From: an uncultured Candidatus Saccharibacteria bacterium
GTDB taxonomy: Bacteria; Patescibacteriota; Doudnabacteria; UBA920
Direction: 5' to 3'
Assembly (NCBI GenBank): GCA_964512925.1
Contig: CAZEKH010000002.1
Coordinates: forward strand, 57,831-121,830
DNA: 64,000 nt
Within the stretch, counting starts at the first letter, position 1; every line of letters starts with the position of its first letter. The notes beneath the pieces were generated by a model, which was not told the origin of the DNA, ran no database searches, and worked only from the letters and a program-made list of their open reading frames with translations. Of the stretch, positions 35,509-45,304 are shown one piece after another. The position numbers and the translations under genes are program-made.

Positions 35509-36558
35509 TTACTCATGAATCCAATACCAGCACTGGTTTTTAAGGTCTTGGCTCAGTTGGTAGGTGTGAGCATGAGAAAGCGCACCCAAGTACGACTGAA
35601 GCGACTGAAATAAAGAATGTTCGTCGATCTCGCCTCGACGAAATTGCATCACTCGGTATTTAAGTTTACGAAATATTCTATGTTTCGTTTTGCTTCTAAG
35701 TAACCGATAGTGTGGCAGAATCACGTATCCCAAAAAATCTACTCCTTGGCCAACGTCAAGAATTGAACATTTCGTGGGATGCAAAGATAGCTTCAATTTG
35801 TCCCCGATAAATTTCTGGAACGAAATGATGAGGCTATCCAGATATTCTTTGTCTGTCGATACAACTATAAAGTCGTCGGTGTAGCGCGCGTAATGTTTGA
35901 CTTTTAAGTCATGCTTAACGAATTGGTCGAATTCGTTCATGTAGACATTGGCAAACAATTGCGAAGTAAGATTGCCGATCGGAAGACCGTGACGATCAAA
36001 AAGTGTCGTTTGGCCGGCCGCAAAGCTTCTGACAATCTGCTCCAATAGCCACATGGTGTCCGGATCAGCAAGTCGTTTTCTGAGAATTGCCAAAAGAATT
36101 TCGTGATCGATCGAATCGAAAAACTTTCGCACATCGCATTTGAGAGCAAAACAAGGCCTTGTATAGTTTTGGCTCTCTTTCCGGATCATGCTCTCGGCCG
36201 CCAACACTCCCTTGTGCGTCCCTTTGCCAACCCGGCATGAAAATGAATTGGCAATAAAGGTCTTCTCAAAAATAGGATTCAGGATTCGGAAAACCGCATG
36301 GTGCAAGACTCGATCTCGCACCATAGCCTTGTGAATGTGGCGAACTTTCGGATCGCAAATGTAAAAACTTGCATACGGTCCATGGGAATAACGCTTGGTA
36401 ATCAAGTCGTGATGCAAAGGGAAAAGATTTTGCTCAAGCGAAAACTCGAAAGCCTGAACATCAGCCTTCTTGCCCTTATCGCTTCGGAACTGCTCCCATG
36501 CCTTAACAATATTTTCCAGCGATGTGATCTGATTGAATAAATCCTTATAAATCTTCAT
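35509..36558 (-). CDS. diversity-generating retroelement reverse transcriptase
   Basis: RT motifs 1-7 including GLPIGNLTSQLFANVY (the I/LGxxxSQ form typical of DGR RTs) and YTDDFIV (YxDD). Start set at MKIYKDLF... (an upstream ATG is possible). Confidence 0.85.
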   Translation of the reverse strand: MKIYKDLFNQITSLENIVKAWEQFRSDKGKKADVQAFEFSLEQNLFPLHHDLITKRYSHGPYASFYICDPKVRHIHKAMVRDRVLHHAVFRILNPIFEKTFIANSFSCRVGKGTHKGVLAAESMIRKESQNYTRPCFALKCDVRKFFDSIDHEILLAILRKRLADPDTMWLLEQIVRSFAAGQTTLFDRHGLPIGNLTSQLFANVYMNEFDQFVKHDLKVKHYARYTDDFIVVSTDKEYLDSLIISFQKFIGDKLKLSLHPTKCSILDVGQGVDFLGYVILPHYRLLRSKTKHRIFRKLKYRVMQFRRGEIDEHSLFQSLQSYLGALSHAHTYQLSQDLKNQCWYWIHE

Positions 36559-36562
36559 AACT

Positions 36563-36913
36563 ATGAATGACTTTGATATTCCCATCTTCAAGAAAGCGTA
36601 CGATCTGTTCAAACTCTTTCATGAATACAGAAGGGTTGTGCCAAAACAAGATCGGTTCACGATTTTTGAACGGTGCGAACAGCTAATTCTTGACGTAATT
36701 GAAAGCATCCTGCAAGCAAGCAGTGAGCAAAAGCAGGTAAAAGTTCCAACACTGGAACGATGCAGTCTAAAACTTAACATGCTCCGGGTCTTTATCCGAC
36801 TAATGAAAGACATTAGAGCGATCGACTCAAAAAAGTATGTAGCATTAGAAAGTGTCGTGGACGAAATCGGCCGAATGCTCGGTGGCTGGATTCGGTCAAC
36901 TAAATCCTGTTAA
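36563..36913 (+). CDS. avd: DGR accessory variability determinant (Avd-like four-helix-bundle protein)
   Basis: 116 aa. The C-terminus VDEIGRMLGGWIRSTKS resembles Bordetella phage bAvd (IAEVGRILGSWIARVNRKG). Start is 5 nt from the RT start on the opposite strand. Confidence 0.7.
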   Translation: MNDFDIPIFKKAYDLFKLFHEYRRVVPKQDRFTIFERCEQLILDVIESILQASSEQKQVKVPTLERCSLKLNMLRVFIRLMKDIRAIDSKKYVALESVVDEIGRMLGGWIRSTKSC

Positions 36914-36959
36914 TAGAAAGGGCATCCGTTTTTCGGATGCCCTTTCTTGTTGTAGAGAG

Positions 36960-37090
36960 ACTTCGAGAGGAAGGCTGAAGCGGAACCGTAGTTCTCGTTG
37001 GCATCGTCGAACCACTTGGTGTCGAACTTGACCCCGTCGTCGTCGAAGTTGAAGATCGGGGCGTTCGAGAAATCGCCATCGGCATCCGGA
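36960..37090 (-). repeat. DGR template repeat (TR), 131 bp
   Basis: Reverse complement aligns base-for-base with 38311..38441. The 9 mismatches are all adenines in this copy. It carries AAC codons where VR varies. Confidence 0.85.
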
Positions 37091-37558
37091 ATATTGTCCC
37101 CATCCATCCGTGTCACCGAGCTTTGAGCTTTACTTCCCGTTGGAAACGGAACTATGAGCTCTTAGCTTTGAACTTAATTTGACAGTATTTACCTCACGGC
37201 AAAACCTGTACCAGACGAGGGCAAGCAGTATCCCATCAACACAACACGCTCATAGAAGCCGTAGCCTCCATGACTCTGGTTGCTATCGTTGAAACGATAG
37301 AGTTCGGCGACAGCAATCCTTGAATGGCTGTACATTAGCCTATACTCAAGCCTATTATACCCCAAAGAGATTGCCGCCTCAAACGCCTTGACAAAACGCA
37401 TTAAATTTGTTAAGGTGAAGCGTCTGAATAGTTCTTTGTTATTTGGCTTATTTATGAGGTAGCGCATTGGGCGTAATTGCGTTTTTGTGCCTATTGCGCT
37501 ACCTCACACAGAGGAAAGCCGTTTGCCAGAGCGACTCTGGTAAATTCAAATTAGGAGG

Positions 37559-38443
37559 TTGACGATGACGACACAATCGATCACGTCCATCACAGACGGT
37601 CAGAGAAAGCAGTACAAACGGTTCGTTGAGGACGCCGCAGACAAAGCGCTTGCGGAAGTCGGACTCGACAAGGACGGAATTCAGAAGCTCATCGAAAAGG
37701 GCGATGAATTCCAGTCACGGATCGTGGAGGCAGTCCGGGAACTTTCCGTGAACGATGAGTTTGCGGACGAGGAAGTTGAATCGAACTATGAATACCCGGG
37801 TGTCTACAAGGTCAGGGCTGTCGCTGAACAAGTGGCAACGTTGCGCGAGGTCTTTCCGGAACTCAAGGACGCCACATTCGACGAAAGCATCGCCGCGAGG
37901 CCGCTTCCCCCGAACGCCGAAGGATGGTTCGCCATCCCCAGGTGGGAAAAGCTTGCTTCTGTCTACGGCGAAGCCGTCGACAAGATGCTTGCGACCATGA
38001 GGTCCGAACGCCGCCGATTCCAAAACTATTGTGAGGATCGGACGGGCGAGGAATACCTGCGCCAGCATGCCAAGACGGTCAAAGCGTTCCAGAAGCTCAT
38101 CGACGAGCAGAAAGGACACGACATTCTGATCGTTCCGTGCCAGTTCGGTCTCCGTCACCGCGGACGCTCGGTTCGCCGGGCCCACGAAGTGATGAACGCC
38201 GCAGAGTTCGGTCTCGGCGCATTCGCTGTCGGGTGTATGCTACTGACACATCCCGAACGGCTCCAAGCCTACGAGAACCTGTTTGTCGACTGCGCCGGAG
38301 ACGAATACTCTCCGGCTGCCGATGGCGATTTCTCGCACGCCCCGCTCTTCCGCTTCGACGACGACGGGGTCGAGTTCGACACCCAGTGGTTCGACGATGC
38401 CAACGAGAGCTACGGTTCCGCTTCAGCCTTCCTCTCGCAGTAA
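37559..38443 (+). CDS. DGR target (variable) protein, 294 aa, no signal peptide, VR at C-terminus
   Basis: RBS AGGAGG. The C-terminal 44 aa (ADGDFSHAPLFRFDDDGVEFDTQWFDDANESYGSASAFLSQ) is encoded by VR. TR encodes ...SNAPIFNFDDDGVKFDTKW...ENYGS... Confidence 0.75.
   Translation: MTMTTQSITSITDGQRKQYKRFVEDAADKALAEVGLDKDGIQKLIEKGDEFQSRIVEAVRELSVNDEFADEEVESNYEYPGVYKVRAVAEQVATLREVFPELKDATFDESIAARPLPPNAEGWFAIPRWEKLASVYGEAVDKMLATMRSERRRFQNYCEDRTGEEYLRQHAKTVKAFQKLIDEQKGHDILIVPCQFGLRHRGRSVRRAHEVMNAAEFGLGAFAVGCMLLTHPERLQAYENLFVDCAGDEYSPAADGDFSHAPLFRFDDDGVEFDTQWFDDANESYGSASAFLSQ
38311..38441 (+). repeat. DGR variable repeat (VR), 131 bp, ending at the target gene stop
   Basis: 122/131 identity to TR. 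All 9 differences (A>C x6, A>G x3) are at TR adenines. A GC hairpin CCGCCGCAGGCGG lies 50 bp downstream. Confidence 0.85.
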
Positions 38444-39095
38444 TTGATCCTTGAGGTCTTGAATTCTTGAGTCTTTTGACTCCTTGAATTCCGCCGCAGG
38501 CGGTCGAAAAAAATTGGGGTTATCCACAGTACATCGTGGATAACCCCTTTCTCTTTTTACATATGTTCAAAACTTATTTATTTTGATAAAATAACATTAC
38601 AATCCAAATGCCTAAACCTGTCGGAATAATTTCGGCAGGCATGGCATAAATCCATCCAAGGTATAGAACCCGTCGTCAGGGATCCTTGGATGGTCGTGTG
38701 GGGAAACTCATGCGTTGAGGCCGAAAGGTCTCTACTCTTGGCGGCGGGCTTTATGCAAAACGATCCCTATTCCAAGAGTAGTTTTTTTGTTATGCACAGT
38801 CTGGCATTGACCGGACTATTGCAAAGAATTTGTGTGCGGTGATATAATAAATTTAACAACTGAATAATTTATGCCTCAAGGGGCATCCTGAAAGGTATTC
38901 CGAGTTTAAGAGCTCGCGATCCGTTATCACTTTTTGTGATTGCAGATCGCGAGCTCTTTTTGTTTTCAGTTGTTGTCAGCTCTCTGATACCCTCGATGGT
39001 CGACATCCGCAATCTGTAATCGACCTCACACTGCCTGGTGCTCACGGGTACTGGGTATATAAAAAACATACAGAGGATGCGCGGGTGTCAGAGAT

Positions 39096-40133
39096 TTGAA
39101 TCAAAAAATAATTATGTTTTCCAAATTCCAATCATTACCAAGTTACTTCGGCGGCAAGCGAAAGCTGGTCAAATATATTTTTAAGCCAATCAAAAAGACT
39201 GATGGAATTTTTATTGACGCATTTCTCGGTGGCGGATCAGTCAGCCTCTATGCCAAGGCCAAAGGATACAAAGTCATCGCCAACGATATTGCATTCCGGT
39301 CCCTCATTATCGGCAAGGCCATCATCGCCAACAACAGCGTGAAGCTCACAACCGAGGACTTAGCGAGACTGTTCGTGGAAACCAAGCATGATGGATTTAT
39401 AAAAAAGAATTACTGCCCGAAAGTATTCACCACCAAGATCGCAGAATTTCTCGACAATGCGGTGGTAGCCGCCAGACAGGTGGAAAACGAAACCAAACGA
39501 TATCTCCTCCTGCACCTTTTAATAAAATTTATTCTGTCCTGTCGACAATTCGGAAAATTTACACACACCCGGGACACGCTGGACTTGGAAGCCCGAAAAT
39601 GGGAGTGGCCGCTACGGTCCAAGTCTCATGCCCCTAAGAATCTCCGGATGATCCAAAACCCGATGATGACTCTGGAAAAATTAAAAGACGAGGTCAATCA
39701 TGGCATCTTTGATAACCATCAAGACAATGAAATACACCAAAAAGACGTGTTCGATTTCCTCAAGAACGTGGCTGGTGATGTTATTTATTTTGATCCTCCT
39801 TATCCTGGCTCTTCTGCCTACGAAGTTGAGTACGGCATTTTAGATAACCTCTTGGCCGGTAAAAAGCTCGATAACAAGCCGAGCGGATTCTCTAACAAGG
39901 ACGCTGACGAATTTCTGGAAAGATTGTTTGAATCGGCAAAACATATCCCTCAATGGGTCATCTCGCTCGGTCAAAACAAAGAGGACATCGGCGTGAAGCC
40001 GGAAAAATTATTGGCAATGGTGCAGAAACACCGGAAAGCCGAAGTGATCATGCTTGATCACAAATGGTCGGTGTCGAACGCCGGCGGCCGCAACCAGAGC
40101 AATAACATTGAGTACATGATTGTAACCTTATGA
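39096..40133 (+). CDS. Dam-family N6-adenine DNA methyltransferase (orphan, phage-encoded)
   Basis: N-terminal YFGGKRKL (the GGK motif of D12-class MTases) and catalytic DPPY (IYFDPPYPG). Confidence 0.75.
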   Translation: MNQKIIMFSKFQSLPSYFGGKRKLVKYIFKPIKKTDGIFIDAFLGGGSVSLYAKAKGYKVIANDIAFRSLIIGKAIIANNSVKLTTEDLARLFVETKHDGFIKKNYCPKVFTTKIAEFLDNAVVAARQVENETKRYLLLHLLIKFILSCRQFGKFTHTRDTLDLEARKWEWPLRSKSHAPKNLRMIQNPMMTLEKLKDEVNHGIFDNHQDNEIHQKDVFDFLKNVAGDVIYFDPPYPGSSAYEVEYGILDNLLAGKKLDNKPSGFSNKDADEFLERLFESAKHIPQWVISLGQNKEDIGVKPEKLLAMVQKHRKAEVIMLDHKWSVSNAGGRNQSNNIEYMIVTL

Positions 40134-40924
40134 CAAAAGAAAAAACACAAATCAAGACGGTGAAAATAAAGGAATGCGTTCCGAACTCTTGGAATCCCAA
40201 CGAGATGAACGCACGCCAGTATGCATCGCTGAAAAAAGCAATCACGAAATTCGGACAAACGAAACCGATCCAAGTCGGTGTCTGGCCGAATATGAAAGTC
40301 AAAGACGGCTACGTGATCGTCGGCGGTTTCCACACATGGAAAGTGCTCGGTGAACTTGGCAATACCGAGATCGAAGCGAACGTCCACGATTTCAAAAACG
40401 AGAACGAAGCTAAACTCTACGGACTGACCGACAACATTCATGGGTCCAACCAGCAACTCAAGCTCGGCAAGCTCGCCTTTGAACTGACCCAAAACGGCTA
40501 TTCGATAAAAGAGATTGCTTCAAACCTCGGCGAGGAGGACGTGAATGTGAAAGATGCTCTTGATCTGGTAAAAGACGAGATAGAAAAGAAAATGGTCGAG
40601 CTTAAGAAAGCCGAGCGTGAGAACTTTGTCGCTTTGAACTTCATCGTCGACAAAGACCCCAAAGAAGCCGCCGATGAATTTATAAAAGCAGTTACCGATT
40701 TTGCAAAGACGAAAGGCGTAAAGGTCGGCAAGGTGAGCAAAGACATCAATGCCCACCGAGAGACCATTGCGCTTATAAGCTTTAACGTTACCAATCCGCA
40801 GAAAACAGTCATTGACGAAGCGTTGGCCGAGGTCGCCAAAGCCGAGGGTGTGAGCGAGAGCAAAGCACTGGAAATCATCTGTTCAGAGCGCATTGCGGAA
40901 ATAAACGGCAATAAACGGAAATAA
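40130..40924 (+). CDS. ParB/Srx-like nuclease-domain protein
   Basis: N-terminal VKIKECVPNSWNPNEM...KPIQVGVW...GGFHTWKV resembles the ParB N-terminal domain. Lies upstream of the terminase genes. Confidence 0.6.
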   Translation: MTKEKTQIKTVKIKECVPNSWNPNEMNARQYASLKKAITKFGQTKPIQVGVWPNMKVKDGYVIVGGFHTWKVLGELGNTEIEANVHDFKNENEAKLYGLTDNIHGSNQQLKLGKLAFELTQNGYSIKEIASNLGEEDVNVKDALDLVKDEIEKKMVELKKAERENFVALNFIVDKDPKEAADEFIKAVTDFAKTKGVKVGKVSKDINAHRETIALISFNVTNPQKTVIDEALAEVAKAEGVSESKALEIICSERIAEINGNKRK

Positions 40925-40925
40925 A

Positions 40926-41351
40926 ATGGCCAAGAATGTCGACATACAAAATCAAAAGTATCAGGAAGCGATTAGCCTCAAATACAGCGGCGAGTCGTAT
41001 ATCGTCATTGCCAAAAAGCTCAAGACGCCGCTCTCAACCGTGCAGAAGTGGTTCATGTTCGGCGGACTGCTCAAAGAGGAATACGACAAATTCCGTGACG
41101 AGCAGAATGAGATTAAGAAAGCAGATGCCCAAGAGATACTCCGAAAGAACCTCGCCGTTGCGGCGAGCATGATGATCGCCCTTATGGGCAGTTCCGATGA
41201 CAATGTTAAATTTCGTGCCGCCAAAGAAGTCCTCGACCGAGAACTTGGGAGTCCGAAAGAAACGGTCGAACATCGGGGATTATTTGGATCAGACCTAAGC
41301 TATGAACAAATCCTCCGCAAATCAAGAGAAAAACCCCCTCCAGATGGTTAA
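40926..41351 (+). CDS. putative terminase small subunit (HTH protein)
   Basis: 141 aa with an HTH-like N-terminus. Position is immediately before the large terminase. Confidence 0.45.
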   Translation: MAKNVDIQNQKYQEAISLKYSGESYIVIAKKLKTPLSTVQKWFMFGGLLKEEYDKFRDEQNEIKKADAQEILRKNLAVAASMMIALMGSSDDNVKFRAAKEVLDRELGSPKETVEHRGLFGSDLSYEQILRKSREKPPPDG

Positions 41352-42951
41352 CGAACTCACGGAAGTGATGAGGATTTGCGATGCTGATCCGCAAGAATTC
41401 ATCCAGAACTGCTTATCAATTAAAACCAAGAATCAGCAAACTGTTCTTTTACACCTGAATACCGCTCAATCCATGATCTACAACCGGATCAAGAAACTGC
41501 GAGCGCTGGGTAAGCCGATAAGAATGCTAATCCTCAAAGCCAGACAGGAGGGAGTCTCAACACTGTGCGAAGGACTGATATTCGAAAGGACTGCACGGTT
41601 TGAGAACACCAACTCACTGATCGTTGCCCACGAACCCGAATCAACCGATGCAATCTTTGCCATGAGTAAGCTGTTCTACGACATGCTTCCCCTGTGGGCG
41701 AAGCCAATGCGACGGTACGACAACAAAAAGCAGATGGTGTTCGAGAATCCCGAGGAAAAGACGAGAAGCGCAGACCCCGGACTGCGATCCCGAATGGTGA
41801 TCGCAACAGCAGACAAAGTGAAAGTCGGTAGAGGTTTAACCCTCCACAACTTCCACGGCTCGGAGGTGGCCTTCTGGAAAAATGCCAAAGACCTCATGCT
41901 CTCCGTCCTGCAAGCAATCCCGAACCTGCCAAATACCAGCGTCTTCCTTGAATCAACTGCCAATGGCTTCGGGGGTGACGGCGAATATTTCTACCGAACA
42001 GTGCAAGACTCACTGGCCGGCAAGAACGAATTTGAGCTTATATTCCTGCCGTGGCACCTGATGCCCGAATACAGCACGGACTTCGGAAGCGATAAAGAAA
42101 AAATAAAGTTTTCTGAATCACTGGACGAATACGAACGGGATCTCAAAGCGAACGCAAAATTGACCCTTGAACAGCTTAACTGGAGACGCTGGGCGATCCA
42201 CAACCTCTGCGGCGGCGACGTCGACAAGTTCAAACAGGAATACCCAGCCACCATCGAGGAAGCGTTCGTCGCATCAAGCAAAGCAGTTATCCCGAAGCAG
42301 TACATCGAAGCCCAGAGTAAATTCACAAGGCAACCTATACGAAAGCTTGATGACATCCTGATTTATGAGGAACCCAACCTCCGACACTTCTACAGCCTGG
42401 GTGCAGACCCAAGCGAAGGGATCGGACAGGATGACTCGGCGATCACCGTAATCGACAAGATGACCGGACGTGAAGTCGGAAGTTACGTAGGACAGATACA
42501 GCCAGACCTGTTTGCCAAGAAAATAAAACAGACTGCTGAACTGTTCAACGATGCACTGGCAGTGATCGAAATAAACAATCATGGGCTGGCGGTTATAAAC
42601 GCACTGAAAGCCGAATATGGAAACATCTACCAACGAACCATCTTCGACAAGGTCACCAACACCAAGAGAAAAGAACTGGGATGGAAAACAAGCCAGACCA
42701 CCAAACCTCTCATGGTCGATGACTTCATTGCCGGATTGCGTGACGAGGAAATCGGACTGTCGAGCCAAGGCACGGTAAGCCAGATGATGACCTTCGTACA
42801 CACAAGCGAAAGCAACCGGTACGGCATGGGTGCGGAAACAGGACAAAAAGACGACTGCCTTATCTCGGCAATGCTCGCATGGCAAGGACTGAAAGAACTG
42901 CCAAGCGCAATGCCGAAACCAACGAAAGGTCGATCAATAAAACTTTACTAA
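41302..42951 (+). CDS. terminase large subunit
   Basis: ATPase Walker A variant ILKARQEGVST, Walker B-like LHNFHGSE and a C-terminal nuclease-like region. Followed by a portal-sized gene. Confidence 0.75.
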   Translation: MNKSSANQEKNPLQMVNELTEVMRICDADPQEFIQNCLSIKTKNQQTVLLHLNTAQSMIYNRIKKLRALGKPIRMLILKARQEGVSTLCEGLIFERTARFENTNSLIVAHEPESTDAIFAMSKLFYDMLPLWAKPMRRYDNKKQMVFENPEEKTRSADPGLRSRMVIATADKVKVGRGLTLHNFHGSEVAFWKNAKDLMLSVLQAIPNLPNTSVFLESTANGFGGDGEYFYRTVQDSLAGKNEFELIFLPWHLMPEYSTDFGSDKEKIKFSESLDEYERDLKANAKLTLEQLNWRRWAIHNLCGGDVDKFKQEYPATIEEAFVASSKAVIPKQYIEAQSKFTRQPIRKLDDILIYEEPNLRHFYSLGADPSEGIGQDDSAITVIDKMTGREVGSYVGQIQPDLFAKKIKQTAELFNDALAVIEINNHGLAVINALKAEYGNIYQRTIFDKVTNTKRKELGWKTSQTTKPLMVDDFIAGLRDEEIGLSSQGTVSQMMTFVHTSESNRYGMGAETGQKDDCLISAMLAWQGLKELPSAMPKPTKGRSIKLY

Positions 42952-42952
42952 T

Positions 42953-44860
42953 ATGGCTGACACCAAAAAACTACAAAAATATAATACCGAGTACGATGAA
43001 GCGAAAAAGAACTTCATGTACTACTACAAGCCAGAATTTGACCGGGCGTACAAACTGTTTGCGTCCTACAACGGCGATCGTGCCGTAGAACTCGAACAGA
43101 CGACAGACGGTGAAGTGTGGCAATCCAACGTCTTCATTCCCCAAGTTTTTGCATACATCAAAACCTTTTTACAAAAGACGGTCGGCATCACCCCGGACTT
43201 TAAGCTCGAGGGCAAGAACAGTGAAGCCGTCAAAGACCTTGTCCTCTGGCTCTGGGAAATTGGCATGAGTGACGACCTGATCGACTACTTCCTGCAAGTT
43301 TTCATCTGCGGAACGACCATTGGCAAAGATTTCCTGAAAAAAGAATCAAAGAAAAAGAGACAGTCGGAAATAAACATAATCGACAAGATCAAGAAGCTCG
43401 TCTTCAAGACCGCAACATCCAAGATCGTCTTCAGACCAGACTTTGACCCTGTGGACATTTACAACTTCTATCCGCATACGAGGATGAAAAAGATATCCGA
43501 TCCGTTCCCGGTATTCCACCGATACGTGCTGACCTTAGATGAAATGAAAGCCCAATATCCCGATGTGCCTGCCAGTATGTGGAATCAATTTGTGGACAAG
43601 GAAGGCGAAGTCATCAAGTCCGGCGGTGATACCACTGACTATGCCTACGTGAGAAAAGAAGTCCTGATCCAACTGCGAAAGAATATCCGAGAGACAACCA
43701 AAGCCTCCACGCCGATCCAGGGCAACCCAAACAATCCGGTCCAACTGCCGACCCCGAGCGACAAACTCTTTGAGGTCGTTGAGCGGTGGACTGACGACAC
43801 CTTCACCGTATTTTTGCCGATGGAAGGGACACCGATAGAAATTAAAGACAGCGACAATCCATACGACCACCAGTCCAAACCATACTCACGAACCGGATTC
43901 TTCCCAAGGCCATTCTCGTTCTACTGGCTCGGTATTCCGAAGCTCGTTGACCACCTGCAAGAACTTTTGAACTCCGTAACCAACCAGAGAGTCGATGCCG
44001 TAACCATGAAAATTCACAGCATGATTGCGGCCGCACCAGTGGCTCTCCCCGGATACAAACAATCAAGCATCACCGTAAGACCACTTGGAATCCTGTGGAC
44101 GAATGACCCGAACTCAGTAAAAGAGCTTAAATTCGGAGATGTGAACTCCTCTGCGTTTATCGAACCTGATCACATCAAGGAAGCCATGAGGATTGCAGTC
44201 GGTATCGATGAATACACCACGACGGCCGGTGCAGACCAAAAACAGACAGCCACCGTTGCGTCGTTCATGCGAGAGGCAACGCTCGAGGGAGTAAAGCTAT
44301 TCCTGATCATGCTTCGCAATTCCTACGTGATGCACTTTGAACACTGGATCGGCATGATGAAGCAGTTCTGGACGACTAAGTCTGTAATGCCGGACAAGGC
44401 AGTCGCAATCCTGATGCGACATGGACTTATAAACGATGCCACCGAAAAGATTGACGGGGTGTTCGACAATGACTACGAAATGTCCCTCGAATCCACATCG
44501 AGTCTTGCCACCTCCACTGAACTCCGTAAATCAAAAGACTTGGAACTCTGGGGACTCATCAAAGACGTGAATGAACTGACCGATCCGGAAACCGGAACAG
44601 TGTACTCGATAAAGAAATTCAAGATTTTAACGAAGCTCTTTGAGGACTACGGCTGGGAACCAACCAACTACGTTGCCGAAAACAAACCTGCACCAGTAGT
44701 ACCGAATCCTACCGACCAAACACCGCCGAGCCCCGGAGAAATGCCGATAGCCCCCGGTGATGCACCTGCCATCGACCCGAACGAAGGATCAATGCCTGCC
44801 AAAGAACCACTGCCGGGAAATAAAATGGGTGCGATTTTCGGCGGTGCCATGAAGCAATAA
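42953..44860 (+). CDS. probable portal protein
   Basis: 635 aa, directly after TerL. No strong motif, so the call is by size and position. Confidence 0.55.
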   Translation: MADTKKLQKYNTEYDEAKKNFMYYYKPEFDRAYKLFASYNGDRAVELEQTTDGEVWQSNVFIPQVFAYIKTFLQKTVGITPDFKLEGKNSEAVKDLVLWLWEIGMSDDLIDYFLQVFICGTTIGKDFLKKESKKKRQSEINIIDKIKKLVFKTATSKIVFRPDFDPVDIYNFYPHTRMKKISDPFPVFHRYVLTLDEMKAQYPDVPASMWNQFVDKEGEVIKSGGDTTDYAYVRKEVLIQLRKNIRETTKASTPIQGNPNNPVQLPTPSDKLFEVVERWTDDTFTVFLPMEGTPIEIKDSDNPYDHQSKPYSRTGFFPRPFSFYWLGIPKLVDHLQELLNSVTNQRVDAVTMKIHSMIAAAPVALPGYKQSSITVRPLGILWTNDPNSVKELKFGDVNSSAFIEPDHIKEAMRIAVGIDEYTTTAGADQKQTATVASFMREATLEGVKLFLIMLRNSYVMHFEHWIGMMKQFWTTKSVMPDKAVAILMRHGLINDATEKIDGVFDNDYEMSLESTSSLATSTELRKSKDLELWGLIKDVNELTDPETGTVYSIKKFKILTKLFEDYGWEPTNYVAENKPAPVVPNPTDQTPPSPGEMPIAPGDAPAIDPNEGSMPAKEPLPGNKMGAIFGGAMKQ

Positions 44861-44864
44861 ATCT

Positions 44865-45104
44865 ATGAAAGACACATTCAACAAAGAAACCGAGGAAACC
44901 ATAAGCAATCTTTATGAGACAAAGTATTTTAATGCGTTGTCCGAACTTGTTGCCAATGAACTGGAAGTCACCAAGACATGGCTACTCAACAAAGGACTCT
45001 CGGCAGATGAGATCAGATTTTATCAAGGTCGAGCCGAGGGCTTGGGAGTAATCCTGCTTCGGATAAAAACCATTCACGATGACCATATGAAAGCACCAAC
45101 ATAA
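44865..45104 (+). CDS. hypothetical small head-module protein
   Basis: 79-aa ORF 5 nt after the portal stop. Confidence 0.3.
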   Translation: MKDTFNKETEETISNLYETKYFNALSELVANELEVTKTWLLNKGLSADEIRFYQGRAEGLGVILLRIKTIHDDHMKAPT

Positions 45105-45304
45105 ACAACTGCAACTCAAGGAAATCGCCAAAATTTTGAGAGGTTCAGCTGGCCTCTTAAGATGGGATTTCTGGCGATTTCCACATCTTGAGAAGCCAAC
45201 CGAGCCTCCGCAAAGGGGCTCGGTTTATTAATACAGCGGACACCAAAGTAGGTCTCTCGTGAGGTCAGACCGAAAAATGGAGCAATCCGTTGCAATAAAA
45301 GCCT

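Noticed and set aside
36900-37116. Two minus-strand ORFs (67-68 aa) translating ...DADGDFSNAPIFNFDDDGVKFDTKWFDDANENYGSASAFLSKS
   Set aside because: They are simply the DGR template repeat read in the VR frame. TR is an RNA template, not a protein gene.
36960-38441. Considered whether the TR/VR pair could be CRISPR-like or IS inverted repeats
   Set aside because: There are only two copies, in inverted orientation, with strictly adenine-specific differences and an adjacent RT/Avd. That is diagnostic of a DGR, not of a CRISPR array or an IS.
42274-42885. 203-aa minus-strand ORF inside the terminase large subunit gene
   Set aside because: Antisense to a well-supported gene.
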